DNA from: Eledone cirrhosa
Taxonomy: Eukaryota
Direction: 5' to 3'
Assembly (NCBI GenBank): GCA_964016885.1
Contig: OZ024746.1
Location: 27,280,001-27,344,000 of the forward strand
DNA length: 64,000 nt
The stretch's first letter is position 1; each line of letters begins with the position of its first letter. Shown here piece after piece: positions 14,643 through 29,145 of this stretch. Both the position numbers and the translations under genes were made by a program. The notes under the pieces are model-generated. The model was not told the DNA's origin. It searched no databases and saw nothing but the letters and a program-made list of their open reading frames with translations.

Positions 14643-14910
14643 TTCTATATATATAATGAATACACACAGCCTGGCCCGCACATATTTCTTTAATTTTTTA
14701 CAGGTTTATATCATTAAACTATGCCATGCTGGAGCATCACCATAGGTGTGTTTATAGTCGACTATATTCATTCCAGTATTTATTCCTTCCTGCCTCGTAC
14801 TTATTTTATTAATCCTTTTTTTCTTTCAACCTGCTTAGTTACTCGGACAGATACATGCATAGAAATAAACACACATATGTGTATGTCTGATTACACACAC
14901 ACACGCACAC

Positions 14911-15017
<107 letters not shown>

Positions 15018-15308
15018 GGTTGAATAATACAAACAAAAATGACAAAACGATAGACTGGTATGCAATGGGCGACTGGTGAGTTTATATTTTTGGAAAAATC
15101 ACTTTGTTCAGACTTGCGCTCAAGGGGAATAATTTAGGTGCAAAACTCAGTCATTTGTGACCGAAGCAGGTTTTCACCTCTCACTCTCTCTCCTCTCTCC
15201 CCCTCTCTCTCTCTCTATATATATATATAAGAAAGTGAACAACACAATTACCTAATACACACACACACACACACACATACACATACATATATATACATAT
15301 ATATATAT

Positions 15309-15450
15309 AACAAAGAAAGTGTGGTAAGGAACCAGGTGGACCATAACGCACCAGAGTACTCGATACTTAGGGTAGTAGAGTTGGTAATAGGAAAAGAGTC
15401 AGGACCCCGACGGCTGAGCTCCGGCCGTTTCGACAGCTAGATCCGAACTA
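15309..15450 (-). mobile_element. Family B 3' end (tail + hammerhead stem III)
   Basis: Reverse complement of ~60505-60645, diverged; abuts (TA)n. Confidence 0.85.
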
Positions 15451-15451
15451 A

Positions 15452-15482
<31 letters not shown>

Positions 15483-15511
15483 AATCGATATATTATCTAC
15501 ATACATATATG

Positions 15512-15565
<54 letters not shown>

Positions 15566-15624
15566 TGTCTGTGTGTGTGTGTGTGTGTGTGTTGTTTATT
15601 ACCATACCATCGGTTGGTAATACA

Positions 15625-15811
15625 TGTTTCTACTCTTGGCACAAGGCCAGCAATTATCCAGTGTATTACTGGTACTTTATTCTATCGACCCCGTAAGGAT
15701 GAAAGGCAAAGTTAACCTCGGCGGGATTTGAACTCAGAATGGAAAGGGCCGTAACTCTCTGCGTCAAAGCATGGCGTCCGACCCTCTCCCGATACTGCCA
15801 ATCCACCGCCT
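15625..15811 (-). mobile_element. tRNA-derived SINE, full length
   Basis: Same family as 14454-14642. Confidence 0.9.
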
Positions 15812-16239
15812 TGTCGGTTTGTAATAATAATAAGCGTTTTGTTCTGGTAACCTATATAAAGGTGTGTTTGTGGAGGTAATATTAATATATGTTAACACCA
15901 ATATAAATTGTGAAGACTGCAAGTAATCAATATAAGGGTAGATGGACCTGTCTTCGAATTTTAATGGCAGGCTTCATCACTAAACCAATTTCATGGTTCT
16001 ACTTCCAGAAGAATTATGCGCTACAATTGCCGCCACGTCGAATCTGCTCGGTACAATGAGGAGAAAAGGAGAAGAAGCTGAAGGAGAAATAGGTGAAAGA
16101 AAGGGAGAAAGAGAAGGAGAAGGTGAAGGAGAAGCAAGAGAGGCAAGGAATGTAATAAATGTACAGATTTCAATATTTTCTTTGCGTTTAATACATGAAT
16201 ATATGGCAATCTTCTGAACGTTAATACATATATATATAT

Positions 16240-16330
<91 letters not shown>

Positions 16331-16519
16331 TAGATACGTATATATATATATTTATTTGACTGTGTGTATCTGTACCAACACGTCTCTACTGAAAGATTCC
16401 CATAAAGATAATTGGAACAAACAGAAGACAAAATATTGGTGCTCACCATAAATATGGGGCAATATTTGTGTGATAATGTATAGCTGAAGTGAAGCTGAGT
16501 CCGCCAACTCACACACACA

Positions 16520-16598
<79 letters not shown>

Positions 16599-16831
16599 TG
16601 TGTGTGTGTGTATATATATATGTATGTGTGTATATGTAAGTATATGTGTGTATATATAAGTATATGTGTTTGTATGTTTGTTCGAGTGTGTGTGTATATA
16701 TTGCACATATATGTATTTATATATATATATATATATATGTATGTATATATATATAAATATATATATGTATATAATTATGTAAATATATATATATATATAA
16801 ATATATATATATATAAATATATATATGTATA

Positions 16832-16877
<46 letters not shown>

Positions 16878-16917
16878 TATACATATATATATTTATATAT
16901 ATATATATATTTACATA

Positions 16918-16949
<32 letters not shown>

Positions 16950-16960
16950 CATATATTTTT

Positions 16961-17087
<127 letters not shown>

Positions 17088-17687
17088 AATGTTTACATTT
17101 ACATATATATTTAAATGAGTGCAGAAGTTCACTGGTGAAATTATCTATAGGAAATATATGTGTGTTTCCGACGTATCAGTTTTCTCTCTACAGTTTAATG
17201 TAATCATACAAAGTAAATACAGTGTGTTGGTGGTAGAGAGAGAGACAGAGAGAGAGAGAGAGTTTGAGTGAAAGAGAGAGAGTGTGTGTGGGAGAGAGAG
17301 AGAGGGAGGGAGTGATTGAGATGGCAAGTGAGAGTGTGTGTGAAAGAGAAAGGCATTGAGAGAGAGAGGGAATATGAGAGAGCGAGAGTGATGGAGGGAG
17401 AGTTTGTGAAATAGAGGGTGTGAGTGAAAGACAGATGGGAAGTGAGTGAGACAGAGAGAGGGAAAAAGAGTGGGAGTGAGAGATGGGGAGTGAGAGGGAG
17501 GGAGGGAGGGAGGGAACGGGAGGGAGAAAGAGAAAGTTTATGTTTCCATGAATATAATTTAAATAGTCTTTTATTGACGTTTGTTCATTGCAATAGAGAC
17601 GAGAGATGTACATCTTAAGCATATACAACCATCAGTCATATAGAAATATTACATAGAAACACATATAATGAACAGTCATATATATAT

Positions 17688-17837
<150 letters not shown>

Positions 17838-17842
17838 TATGT

Positions 17843-17898
<56 letters not shown>

Positions 17899-18086
17899 GT
17901 GTGTGTGTGTGCGCAATATATACACACACACTCGAACAAACACACAAACATATACTTATATACTTATATATGTTCATTATATATAAACTTTATATGTACG
18001 AAATGTACGAAGATCTTCGCTGATGTTTGTGCAATTATCGATGGAATTATATGTATATATATATTTATGTGTGTATGCACGCACAG

Positions 18087-18118
<32 letters not shown>

Positions 18119-18374
18119 ACACACACACACATATATATATATTGACTGATTGATTGATTGTCTGTATATATATATATATAAATACAAACTCTCACACACA
18201 GATACCTGATATGCTCGTGCATGTATGCTTGAACCTCCAGCCTGTGTAATACACATTTTATACATACATATATAATGCCTTCACCTAGCAAAATTGTCTT
18301 GTGTAAACCCATAAATGGATACACATAAGCATAAATACATAAATATACACTTCCACAACCTGATTTTATAACCC

Positions 18375-18455
<81 letters not shown>

Positions 18456-19056
18456 ATACATATATGTGTGTATATATATGTGTGTATATATATGTATATA
18501 TATATATATATATGAATGTTAGTTATTTTTACAAGTTCCTCATTTGAAAACTCTCTCTAGCACAACGTTTTTCTATAGGTATGGATGGTTTTATTGTCGT
18601 TGAGAGAATAGAGATTATAAACATAATTCAATACAGCAATCACTTTTAAAGACACGAATTGCTAATAGAGTTGAGGCGGCAAGTCATCTATAAACCATTG
18701 ATATACGAAATGTTATTTGTAAAAGCCAGTAATCTATTCATAGCACACACCACCATATATTTCGCTTGATTAGGTAACTGTGTGGATATATCTATGTATC
18801 TTTGTAGACAATGACGAAAACCCGTTTCTCCGAACACTTCAGTAAATAGAAAAATTACAATAGAAAATATATGATTCATATTATAAAAGTTATTTCAACC
18901 TCTCTCTTTACCCTCCCTTGTTGCCGCCTACCATTACACCATCGAAACCATCAGCGTGAAATCACTCTCATTTTCTCTCATCCATATTCATATATACATG
19001 CAGATAGACATACTTACTTATATACATATATGCGTACATACGTATGCACATCAATA

Positions 19057-19178
<122 letters not shown>

Positions 19179-19693
19179 CGCATTAACACTGAGGAATACA
19201 ATGTCTATATCTGCATACATGAAGCTCCAAATGTGTATCTATTATTTATGAGTATATATGTATGAATGGTAATAAAAAAAAAACCTTTCTGTTCGATACC
19301 ATGTTGATCATGCACCCGAACCACAGACACACACCCACACCCACACCCACACAACCACTCACGCACACATACACACAGACATATATATACATATTTACAG
19401 TGGTTTTAGATAGTGACCGAATTTGTAATAATATAGCCACAAGCTTCATCAGCTGGAATTAAGTAGGCTAAGAATGTTCCTATTTGCTCCGGATTAAATT
19501 TGCTCGCAACGGTAAATTCACGTGATATCGAAATTAATATAAACTTTATGGAAACTCCTATTTTCCAAGTTTAATCTCAGTACTATATATATATATGTAT
19601 GTACGTACGTACGTATGTATGTATGTATGTATGTATGTATGTATGTATGTATGTATGTATGTATGTATGTATGTATGTATGTATGTATGTATG

Positions 19694-21259
19694 TGCATGG
19701 AACAAGGTTTGGATCTGTATCAGGTTTTTGTCGATCTGACAAAAGCTTTCGATACTGTTAACAGAAATGCATTATGGAAGGTTCTCCAGAAACTTGGTTA
19801 CCCTGATAAGTTTTTTGCTTTAGTTAGGTCTTTCCATGACGACATGAAGGCTTGGGTTAATGTCAGAGGTAACATGTCGGAGCCTATCTCAGTAAAAAAT
19901 GGAGTGAAACAGGGGGATATTCCAGCACCGACCCTGTTTGCCATATACTTTGCAATGGTTTTCTGTATTGCATTCAGGAATTGCGAGCATGATGTTTACA
20001 TCCGATATCGAACCTCAGGCAGCATATTTAACATAAGGCGCTTTGCTGCAAAGACAAAAGTATTTAAATCAATCATAAGAGACCTCTTGTATGCAGATAA
20101 TTGCGATCTTGTAGCGGACACAGAGAGTGATATGCAGCACATTTTGAATGCATTTTCTGACGCTTGCACTGCCCTAGGATTGACTGTCAGTCTCACGAAA
20201 ACCGTCGTCATGTACCAACCCGCTCCTGGTAAGCAGTACAGTGAACCAAATATCTATGTGTATGGTAAACGACTTGGAGTGGTTGATCAGTTTGTCTACC
20301 TGGGAAGCACTGTCAATCGATACAGCAACCTTGATAGTGAAATCTCATTTAGGATTAGGAAAGCAAGTGATGCTTTCGGAAAGCTAGAAAGGCGACTCTG
20401 GGGTCGGCGAGACATATGCAAGAAGACAAAGGTAAAGGTGTACAAGGCATGTGTGCTCTCTTGTCTTCTTTATGCCTGCGAGACCTGGGTCACATATCGA
20501 CACCACCTTAAGCAATTGGAGATGTGTCTCAGACGGATCCACGGCGTTCACTGGAGGGACCACATCAGTGATGTCGAGATTTTGGAAAGCTCTACGTGTG
20601 ACAGTATAGAAGCTCTTGTGCTTAAGCAACAACTCCGTTGGAGTGGTCACCTTGCCTGGATGAAGGATTCTAGAATACCAAAACAACTCTTTTATGGAGA
20701 GTTGGTTAAAGGAAAACGACCGCCACATAAACCAAAAAAGAGGTATAAGGATTCCTTGAAAGCCTCTTTGAAAGACGCAAACATCTCTGCTGATACATGG
20801 GAAAATATTGCTGCTGATCGTAATAAATGGAGAAAGACTATATATGAGGGAAAAGTTGCCTTTGAGGCATCTCGAATCGCATACGAGAAAGTAAAGCGGG
20901 ATGTGAGGAAGGGCATTGCTGTTGCACTTCCAGACGGCGAGGGTCCTCCTATGGTGCTGACATGCAGCGTCTGTACGAGACTCTGCCTAAGCAAAGCTAG
21001 ACTTGAAAGTCATCTTCGCAGTCATAAAGTAAGACCAGTGGTTGACTACCAGGCTGCTGTTGGAGATGCTACTCATCATGGTTGCCAAGCATGTGGTAGA
21101 GAATGTAAATCAGCAGGAGGGCTCAAGCGACATGCAAAAGTACATGAACACCAACCACAGCCGGCTATTCTCAGTGAATGTTTTGGTTGCCGACTCTGTG
21201 CAAGACATTTTAGATCATTGGCTGGGCTAAAAAGCCACATTCGATCGCAGCGCTGTTAG
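19694..21259 (+). pseudogene. RTE reverse transcriptase C-terminal part + 3 C2H2 zinc fingers (catalytic YADD changed to YADN)
   Basis: ORF 19595-21259; the N-terminal MYVC run is the (TATG)n tract, not protein; tat gca gat aat at 20090-20101. Confidence 0.88.
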
Positions 21260-21538
21260 TTGCTATCGTGTGTGTGTATAGATATGTTAATGTGTGTGCG
21301 TGTGTGTGTGTATATATATATATGTATATGTATATGTATATTATTATTGTTGTTGTTGTTGTTTTTGTTGTTGTTGTCGTTATTATTATTGTTGTTATTA
21401 TTATTATTATTATTATTATTGTTATTAATGTATATGTATGTATGTATATATATATATATATTTTTATTTTTATTTTATTTATTTATTTATTTTTACTCGT
21501 ACAATGGCCATACTCGATAACGAGCGGGCAGCCATCAT
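19694..21538 (+). mobile_element. 5'-truncated RTE-clade LINE, copy 1
   Basis: RT motifs FVDLTKAFDTV, GVKQGD, YADN, FVYLGS; RTE-type LRWSGH..RIPKQLFYGEL; 3'UTR ends in (TATG)n. Confidence 0.9.
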
Positions 21539-21627
21539 GTATGTATGTATGTATGTATGTATGTATGTATGTATGTATGTATGTATGTATGTATGTATGT
21601 ATGTATGTATGTATGTATGTATGTATG

Positions 21628-23193
21628 TGCATGGAACAAGGTTTGGATCTGTATCAGGTTTTTGTCGATCTGACAAAAGCTTTCGATACTGTTAACAGAA
21701 ATGCATTATGGAAGGTTCTCCAGAAACTTGGTTACCCTGATAAGTTTTTTGCTTTAGTTAGGTCTTTCCATGACGACATGAAGGCTTGGGTTAATGTCAG
21801 AGGTAACATGTCGGAGCCCATCTCAGTAAAAAATGGAGTGAAACAGGGGGATATTCCAGCACCGACCCTGTTTGCCATATACTTTGCAATGGTTTTCTGT
21901 ATTGCATTCAGGAATTGCGAGCATGGTGTTTACATCCGATATCGAACCTCAGGCAGCATATTTAACATCAGGCGCTTTGCTGCAAAGACAAAAGTATTTA
22001 AATCAATCATAAGAGACCTCTTGTATGCAGATGATTGCGATCTTGTAGCGGACACAGAGAGTGATATGCAGCACATTTTGAATGCATTTTCTGACGCTTG
22101 CACTGCCCTAGGATTGACTGTCAGTCTCACGAAAACCGTCGTCATGTACCAACCCGCTCCTGGTAAGCAGTACAGTGAACCAAATATCTATGTGTATGGT
22201 AAACGACTTGGAGTGGTTGATCAGTTTGTCTACCTGGGAAGCACTGTCAATCGATACAGCAACCTTGATAGTGAAATCTCATTTAGGATTAGGAAAGCAA
22301 GTGATGCTTTCGGAAAGCTAGAAAGGCGACTCTGGGGTCGGCGAGACATATGCAAGAAGACAAAGGTAAAGGTGTACAAGGCATGTGTGCTCTCTTGTCT
22401 TCTTTATGCCTGCGAGACCTGGGTCACATATCGACACCACCTTAAGCAATTGGAGATGTGTCTCAGACGGATCCACGGCGTTCACTGGAGGGACCACATC
22501 AGTGATGTCGAGATTTTGGAAAGCTCTACGTGTGACAGTATAGAAGCTCTTGTGCTTAGGCAACAACTCCGTTGGAGTGGTCACCTTGCCTGGATGAAGG
22601 ATTCTAGAATACCAAAACAACTCTTTTATGGAGAGTTGGTTAAAGGAAAACGACCGCCACATAAACCAAAAAAGAGGTATAAGGATTCCTTGAAAGCCTC
22701 TTTGAAAGACGCAAACATCTCTGCTGATACATGGGAAAATATTGCTGCTGATCGTAATAAATGGAGAAAGACTATATATGAGGGAAAAGTTGCCTTTGAG
22801 GCATCTCGAATCGCATACGAGAAAGTAAAGCGGGATGTGAGGAAGGGCATTGCTGTTGCACTTCCAGACGGCGAGGGTCCTCCTATGGTGCTGACATGCA
22901 GCGTCTGTACGAGACTCTGCCTAAGCAAAGCTAGACTTGAAAGTCATCTTCGCAGTCATAAAGTAAGACCAGTGGTTGACTACCAGGCTGCTGTTGGAGA
23001 TGCTACTCATCATGGTTGCCAAGCATGTGGTAGAGAATGTAAATCAGCAGGAGGGCTCAAGCGACATGCAAAAGTACATGAACACCAACCACAGCCGGCT
23101 ATTCTCAGTGAATGTTTTGGTTGCCGACTCTGTGCAAGACATTTTAGATCATTGGCTGGACTAAAAAGCCACATTCGATCGCAGCGCTGTTAG
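21628..23193 (+). CDS. RTE reverse transcriptase (5'-truncated, YADD intact) + 3 C2H2 zinc fingers
   Basis: ORF 21268-23193; YADD at 22024-22035; no endonuclease domain. Confidence 0.8.
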   Translation, partial: CMEQGLDLYQVFVDLTKAFDTVNRNALWKVLQKLGYPDKFFALVRSFHDDMKAWVNVRGNMSEPISVKNGVKQGDIPAPTLFAIYFAMVFCIAFRNCEHGVYIRYRTSGSIFNIRRFAAKTKVFKSIIRDLLYADDCDLVADTESDMQHILNAFSDACTALGLTVSLTKTVVMYQPAPGKQYSEPNIYVYGKRLGVVDQFVYLGSTVNRYSNLDSEISFRIRKASDAFGKLERRLWGRRDICKKTKVKVYKACVLSCLLYACETWVTYRHHLKQLEMCLRRIHGVHWRDHISDVEILESSTCDSIEALVLRQQLRWSGHLAWMKDSRIPKQLFYGELVKGKRPPHKPKKRYKDSLKASLKDANISADTWENIAADRNKWRKTIYEGKVAFEASRIAYEKVKRDVRKGIAVALPDGEGPPMVLTCSVCTRLCLSKARLESHLRSHKVRPVVDYQAAVGDATHHGCQACGRECKSAGGLKRHAKVHEHQPQPAILSECFGCRLCARHFRSLAGLKSHIRSQRC

Positions 23194-23327
23194 TTGCTAT
23201 CGTGTGTGTGTATAGATATGTTAATGTGTGTGCGTGCGTGTGTGTGTATATATATATATGTATATGTATATGTATATGATTATTGTTGTTGTTGTTGTTT
23301 TTGTTGTTGTTGTCGTTATTATTATTG

Positions 23328-23359
<32 letters not shown>

Positions 23360-23481
23360 GTTATTAATGTATATGTATGTATGTATATATATATATATAT
23401 TTTTATTTTTATTTTATTTATTTATTTTTTTTTTCTCGTACAATGGCCATACTCGATAACGAGCGGGCAGCCATCATCATG
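21628..23481 (+). mobile_element. 5'-truncated RTE-clade LINE, copy 2 (tandem duplicate)
   Basis: Near-identical to copy 1 at a 1934-bp offset, same 5' truncation point. Confidence 0.9.
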
Positions 23482-23903
23482 TATGTATGTATGTATGTAT
23501 GTATGTATGTATGTATGTATGTATGTATGTATGTATGTATGTATGTATGTATGTATGTATGTATGTATGTGTGTATGTGTGTATATATGTATGTATGTCT
23601 ATGTGTACGCGTGTGAGATCCTCTAATGTTTGTTTAGGTGGTTGATCGGTGCTAGTAATATCCATTTCTCATTGACTTACTAAAATTAAAGAACTGTTAA
23701 CTTTAACTTCTGATAATGGTGTAAAACGTAGATAAAATATAACCATACTTTAGATTTCAGAACAAAAAGGTGGGATGTGCGAAAAGAACCAAGATTAGAC
23801 TATGCCAACGGCTAATATGTATCACAAAATTGATAGTTGTACAGAGTTATAGAATATGAAACGTATAAGATTTGTATATGCATGGAGGAAAGCAGTATTC
23901 CTT

Positions 23904-24445
23904 GTTACGTCCCTTTACCATCTGAGTTCAAATCCCGCCGAGGTTGACTTTGCCTTTCATCCTTACGGGGTCGATAAAATAAAGTACCAGTAATGCACTG
24001 GTAATTGCTGGCCTTGTGCCTAAAATAGAAACAATTATTACCTAAAGAAGGGCGGTGAATTGGCAGTATCGGTAGAGGGTTGGACGCCATGCTTTCTAGC
24101 ATAGTTACGTCCTTTTATAGTCTGAGTTCAAATCCCGCCGAGGTTAACTTTACCTTTCATCCTTACGGGGTCGATAAAATAAAGTACCAGTAATGTACTG
24201 GGTAATTGCTGGCCTTGTCCCAAAAGTAGAAACAATTATTACCTAACGAAGGGCGGTGGATTGGCAGTATCGGTAGAGGGTCGGACGTCATACTTTGACG
24301 CATAGAATTACGGCCCTTTCCATTCTGAGTTCAAATCCCGCAGAGGTCAACTTTGCCTTTCATCCTTATGGGGTCGACAAAATAAAGTACCAGTAATACA
24401 GTGGGATAATTACTGGCCTTGTGCCAAAAGTAGAAACAATTATTA
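23904..24445 (+). mobile_element. Head-to-tail trimer of tRNA-derived SINE
   Basis: Units at ~23904-24040 (5'-truncated), 24049-24241 and 24250-24445. Confidence 0.9.
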
Positions 24446-25375
24446 TCTAACGAAAAAATTATTTGCTCAGTGTTAATACAAGTATTACTATACGCGAAGC
24501 TGGTAGGCGTGAAAATATTTGCCAGCCAAAGATCCGTCCTGATCCTGAGGTGTAGGTCCTATTTCTAGGGAGACGGGGGAAACTAACCAGCCAAGATGGT
24601 AGGTCCAACAACACAGCCTTGTGGAGTCTTACGTTGCGTATCCGGGATAGATGGTTGGAATGCATTTATCCTGGATATGGGGTTAGAATGCATGAGGGAA
24701 TGCATGTAGTGAAACAAGAGTCCCTCTACGAGTATAGGGTGGCCTTTGGATGTAGTTAGAGATTAATAGACACAAAAAGAGATTGAAACAGATAGAAACA
24801 GGAGGCAGGATTACTAACAACATAGCTTGAGGAAAGTTCCCGTCTTCAGGTGTAGATATATGTATATGTATATATGGGTGGTGTGGTGCATGTGTGTGTA
24901 TATATATATATACGAACATCACACATGTATATATAAATTTATCGAACGCTAGATTGAATAAAGCTCTTCGGAGGACAATAATATGTAAACAAAATCTCTG
25001 ACAAAAAAATGGATTAAATAATCATTGTGATGCTAAGAAATACACTACATGTAAAATTGAAGGGCAATATATTATATCAGCTGCCAAACCACCACTGCAG
25101 ATAATTGTATAAATGGATTGAAAGTAAGGAAACATAATATACGGAACTAAGCGATCTGTCATAATTTTGACAAGTTCAGAATCTGCCGACATTTTGAAAG
25201 CAATGCCATATCGATTTAACCTCCTCTATGTTGTCAACGTATTTAAAATATTTATTGTATTAAATCACTCCATATCATTTTTCTAATACCAGCGACACTC
25301 GAAATGTATGTATGTATTTGTATACACACACACACACACACATGTAAATTTATATATATATATATATATATATAT

Positions 25376-25660
25376 AACGGCGATGAATTAGTTTTGCGAG
25401 GTTTTTTATATGAAATCGTGTGTCGAAACAAATATTGTTATACTTAGGGAGGGTCATATTTGTGTAATATTGCCAGAATTAATAACAGAACACACTCACT
25501 GTTTGGTTGGTTTTCGCTTTTCGCTTCTGTGTCTTTTATATCGGTAATCTAATTTGTTCGGTCCTCAATGTTGCCATTGACTGACCAACGGTCAAAAAAA
25601 ATAATACAGATACAATATAGACACAAAAACAAATATGACCCTCCCCAAGTATAACAATAT
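25376..25660. mobile_element. Fold-back element in (TA)n (no clear hammerhead)
   Basis: 32-bp inverted arms 25432-25463 / 25629-25660 (1 mismatch); 56-bp left tail; (TA)n both sides. Confidence 0.6.
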
Positions 25661-25839
25661 ATATATATATATATATATGCATGTCTACACAAACACAGAC
25701 ACACATCCATACATACCATGATGTATATGTACATATTTATATATATATAAGAATAAAAAAATATGGGTGAAGATGAAACAATGAACGATTACAGAAAGCA
25801 GTCCCATCTCATCAGTTGACCGCTAGATGGCTAGATATA

Positions 25840-25930
25840 TACGAGGGTTGGTTGAAAAGATCATTGGCTGACCAAGATACTCTCATGGAATGAGGGTTTA
25901 ATTTTCAACATACTACTTTTTGTGGTCCAC
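25840..25930 (+). mobile_element. Mariner-like terminal fragment
   Basis: ta-cgagggttggttgaaaag start resembles mariner TIRs after TA; no partner TIR found. Confidence 0.4.
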
Positions 25931-26759
25931 ACACAGAGACACAGAATCAATAACTCACACCCATGATATGCACGCCATCTACACACACACACACACACAC
26001 ACACATAACAACACCCATGATACATCGGGACTCTCCACCTCAACCCCTCCTATTCCAGAATGCCGGACTACACGCCTACCACCCTCAGCCTTTAAAAAAA
26101 AAATATATATATATTTCCAAAATCCGATGTTTCCAACCTCCAAACACTCTCTCTCTCCCCGAACTCTCCATTTCCTGAAGAAGGACTTATGTTCAGAACG
26201 TACAATCCTTTTTTACTTCCTCCTAAACGAGATACTAATACAAGTTTGTCTCTGTGTCCTATCATTTCTTGAACTGTTGCCGGTTTCGGGTGTTACACGT
26301 GCTTGTTGGTATATACGCGTATTTTTCGTAATTATTACTAACAGTCCGGCATTTGGTGAAACTAACGCTATTTGGCTAATTATCAGCATTCCTTTTGGTG
26401 TTTTTACTAACTGACCCGATTATCGAGTGCATAATGTTAGCTGTATTAACTTTTGTTGATGACCATAATTAATTTGTGGGATATATCAATCATTTTGATG
26501 TCTTTATTGGATGATATGATGATCGTTAAGTCGCTGATCACATTAAACTGTTCCTGATTGCCTGATAGATTTATTCAAGTTTGCCATCTTAAAACCGTGA
26601 TCTATGGAGATATACTCAGTAACTGGTTAACCCCAGTTAGCATTGAGTAAGATAGTGTGTGGCACGATGATGCAGTACCATGTATGCGTGAAGAACCTCG
26701 TGGTATTGTTATTTCGTCAACATATTAGTATATATGTATATAACTTATCGGTCTCATAT

Positions 26760-26950
26760 ATATCTATCTATCTAAGGCGGGTAAAATTCTCGAGATCCAT
26801 GGACGAGTTCTCTCCAGCGGTCTCTGTCCCTCATTATCGCTGCCATGTCCTGCATCTCCAGTGTCTGTCCTGAGGGCATCAACATACGTTAACCTTGGTC
26901 TTCATCTTCTAGTGTGTCCATGTAGGGGCTCCCAAAGGAGTACTGAGTGC
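26760..26950 (-). mobile_element. 3' fragment of a second RTE-type LINE with (AGAT)n tail
   Basis: Minus-strand translation VLLWEPLHGHTRR*RPRLTYVDALRTDTG resembles the RTE C-terminus. Confidence 0.6.
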
Positions 26951-27412
26951 AATGTCAACATATATATATATGATTCCTATTCGATATGGCCTTAGCTAGG
27001 CGGGTCTTTTTACATCTATCTAAAAATATTCATAAAATTATTACTCTATCTGCAACACATATCTCTCACTCGTTGAACGAGTGGTCCTTCATTTTGCGCC
27101 ATCCCTGCTTAAGACTACAGTGCAAACTATTTATTTCTATTTTTCTCTTCTTGGCTAAGCTACTGCGTACCGAGTTTTTATCTCTTCTTTTTCAGTAGGT
27201 TTGTATCATTCCCTTTTGGCTTCATTCGTGCAATCCTCCTAAAGGAACGAATCGTCCTATGTTTCCCCGTTTTTTTGTTACCATCCCATGTGTACTGGAA
27301 CGATTAATATAAAATTTAATGCACCTAAACTCTAAGGATTTCCAAAGTTGACTGAAAAGAAGAGATCCTCCATTTTTACCGTTGTCTTTGTCTTGTGCAG
27401 CCCCCGCTTTTT

Positions 27413-27522
<110 letters not shown>

Positions 27523-27718
27523 TTATTAAAATAACAGATTAAAGTTTTATCCTTTAACGGGATCTTCTGAAACTAAAAAAAATCAATCTGTGAACGCAGA
27601 AGTAAATATTTCAAAAAACGATACTTTGGTTCGTGGATTTTAGTCTTCAAATTTATTATTATTACTATATATATATATATATATATATTACTAAGTCAGG
27701 GTATGTCATGCATCATCT

Positions 27719-27785
27719 TATTTTATCTGATGAGGACGTACTGTTGAAGATAGCTCAGTACCTCTGAAATATGTATAATAAAATA
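27719..27785 (+). ncRNA. Type I hammerhead ribozyme motif (family A-related)
   Basis: tattttat-CTGATGA(27727)-ggacgtactg...cagtacctct-GAAA(27766)-tatgta-TA-ataaaata; perfect 8-bp stem I; lies in a ~240-bp segment between (TA)n tracts. Confidence 0.8.
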
Positions 27786-27941
27786 TACTTGATCACACGA
27801 ATGTCTATTTTTGTTAATATTTTGAATTAATATTAATAACTCCGGAAAAACCACTTTGTTGGGTGCTTCCAATCTATTGTAAAACTCATTCTTTGATTTA
27901 TTCATTGAACCTTGTTTAACCTTTAAATATATATATATATA

Positions 27942-28129
27942 ATTGTTTCTACTTTAGGCACAAGGCCAGCAATTACCCAGTGCATTACTGGTACTTTATT
28001 TTATCGACCCCGTAAGGATGAAAGGCAAAGTCAACCTTGGCGGGATTTGAACTCAGATCGTAAAGGGACGTAACTATGCTGGAAAGCATGGCGTCCGACC
28101 CTCTACCGATACTGCCAATCCACCGCCCT
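27942..28129 (-). mobile_element. tRNA-derived SINE, full length
   Basis: Same family as 14454-14642. Confidence 0.9.
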
Positions 28130-28780
28130 ATATAATATTACACAGATGGTATCTATACGTTGAGAACCGATCTAAAACATTATTTACATATTAGTGTGTT
28201 TGTCGAAATGGTTAATTGTTTTTGAAAGATGAGAATATTTTGTTTATTGGATGTGAGGTATTTAAATGTAAATGTACTTTGCTTCAAATAAACTCAGGAA
28301 TTCTATAATTTTCTTTTGGAACAGTATCCTAAAATAATAACTCTATCCGGAAAGATTAGCGATAAACAAGTGCAAGATAAATGAGAATGGAAATAAGATT
28401 ATGAATTAGTGAAATAATCGGATGGTGTTGAGGATTTGGAAGAAAGATATCGAAATATCTATTGTTGGACATATGGCAGTATTACACGAGAAGAAAGAAA
28501 TAGCAGAATTATGGCGTTAAGAAAGATGTCCTTATCTTAGAATTGCAGAACGGAATAAAAGATATGCAAGTGATTTGATTTTATATGTTATAAATAATAT
28601 GAATTTATGACAATAAAAAAAAGAAGAGGTAGACGTAGGACATAGAAAATAGTGGTATATTTATAAATGGAAATATTTGTTGATGTATCTGTGTAAGTAC
28701 GGGCACAAGTATGTATCTGTTTATAAATATTTCGAACTATATACCTATCGAGAGATAACTATCTCGCTCTATACACACAT

Positions 28781-28901
<121 letters not shown>

Positions 28902-28963
28902 AGTTATATGTCTCTCTCTCTCTGTCTATATATATATATATATGTATGTATGTATATATATAT

Positions 28964-28994
<31 letters not shown>

Positions 28995-29055
28995 CTGAGA
29001 GAGAGAGAGATACATATATATATATATATATATGTATCCATATATATATATATAC

Positions 29056-29145
<90 letters not shown>

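Noticed and set aside
19395-19460. CTGATGA (minus strand, 19446-19452) with a partial stem
   Set aside because: Followed by AAAAC rather than GAAAC, and there is no room for stem III; at best a decayed remnant
23904-24445. tRNA genes
   Set aside because: A and B boxes belong to SINE heads; no cloverleaf
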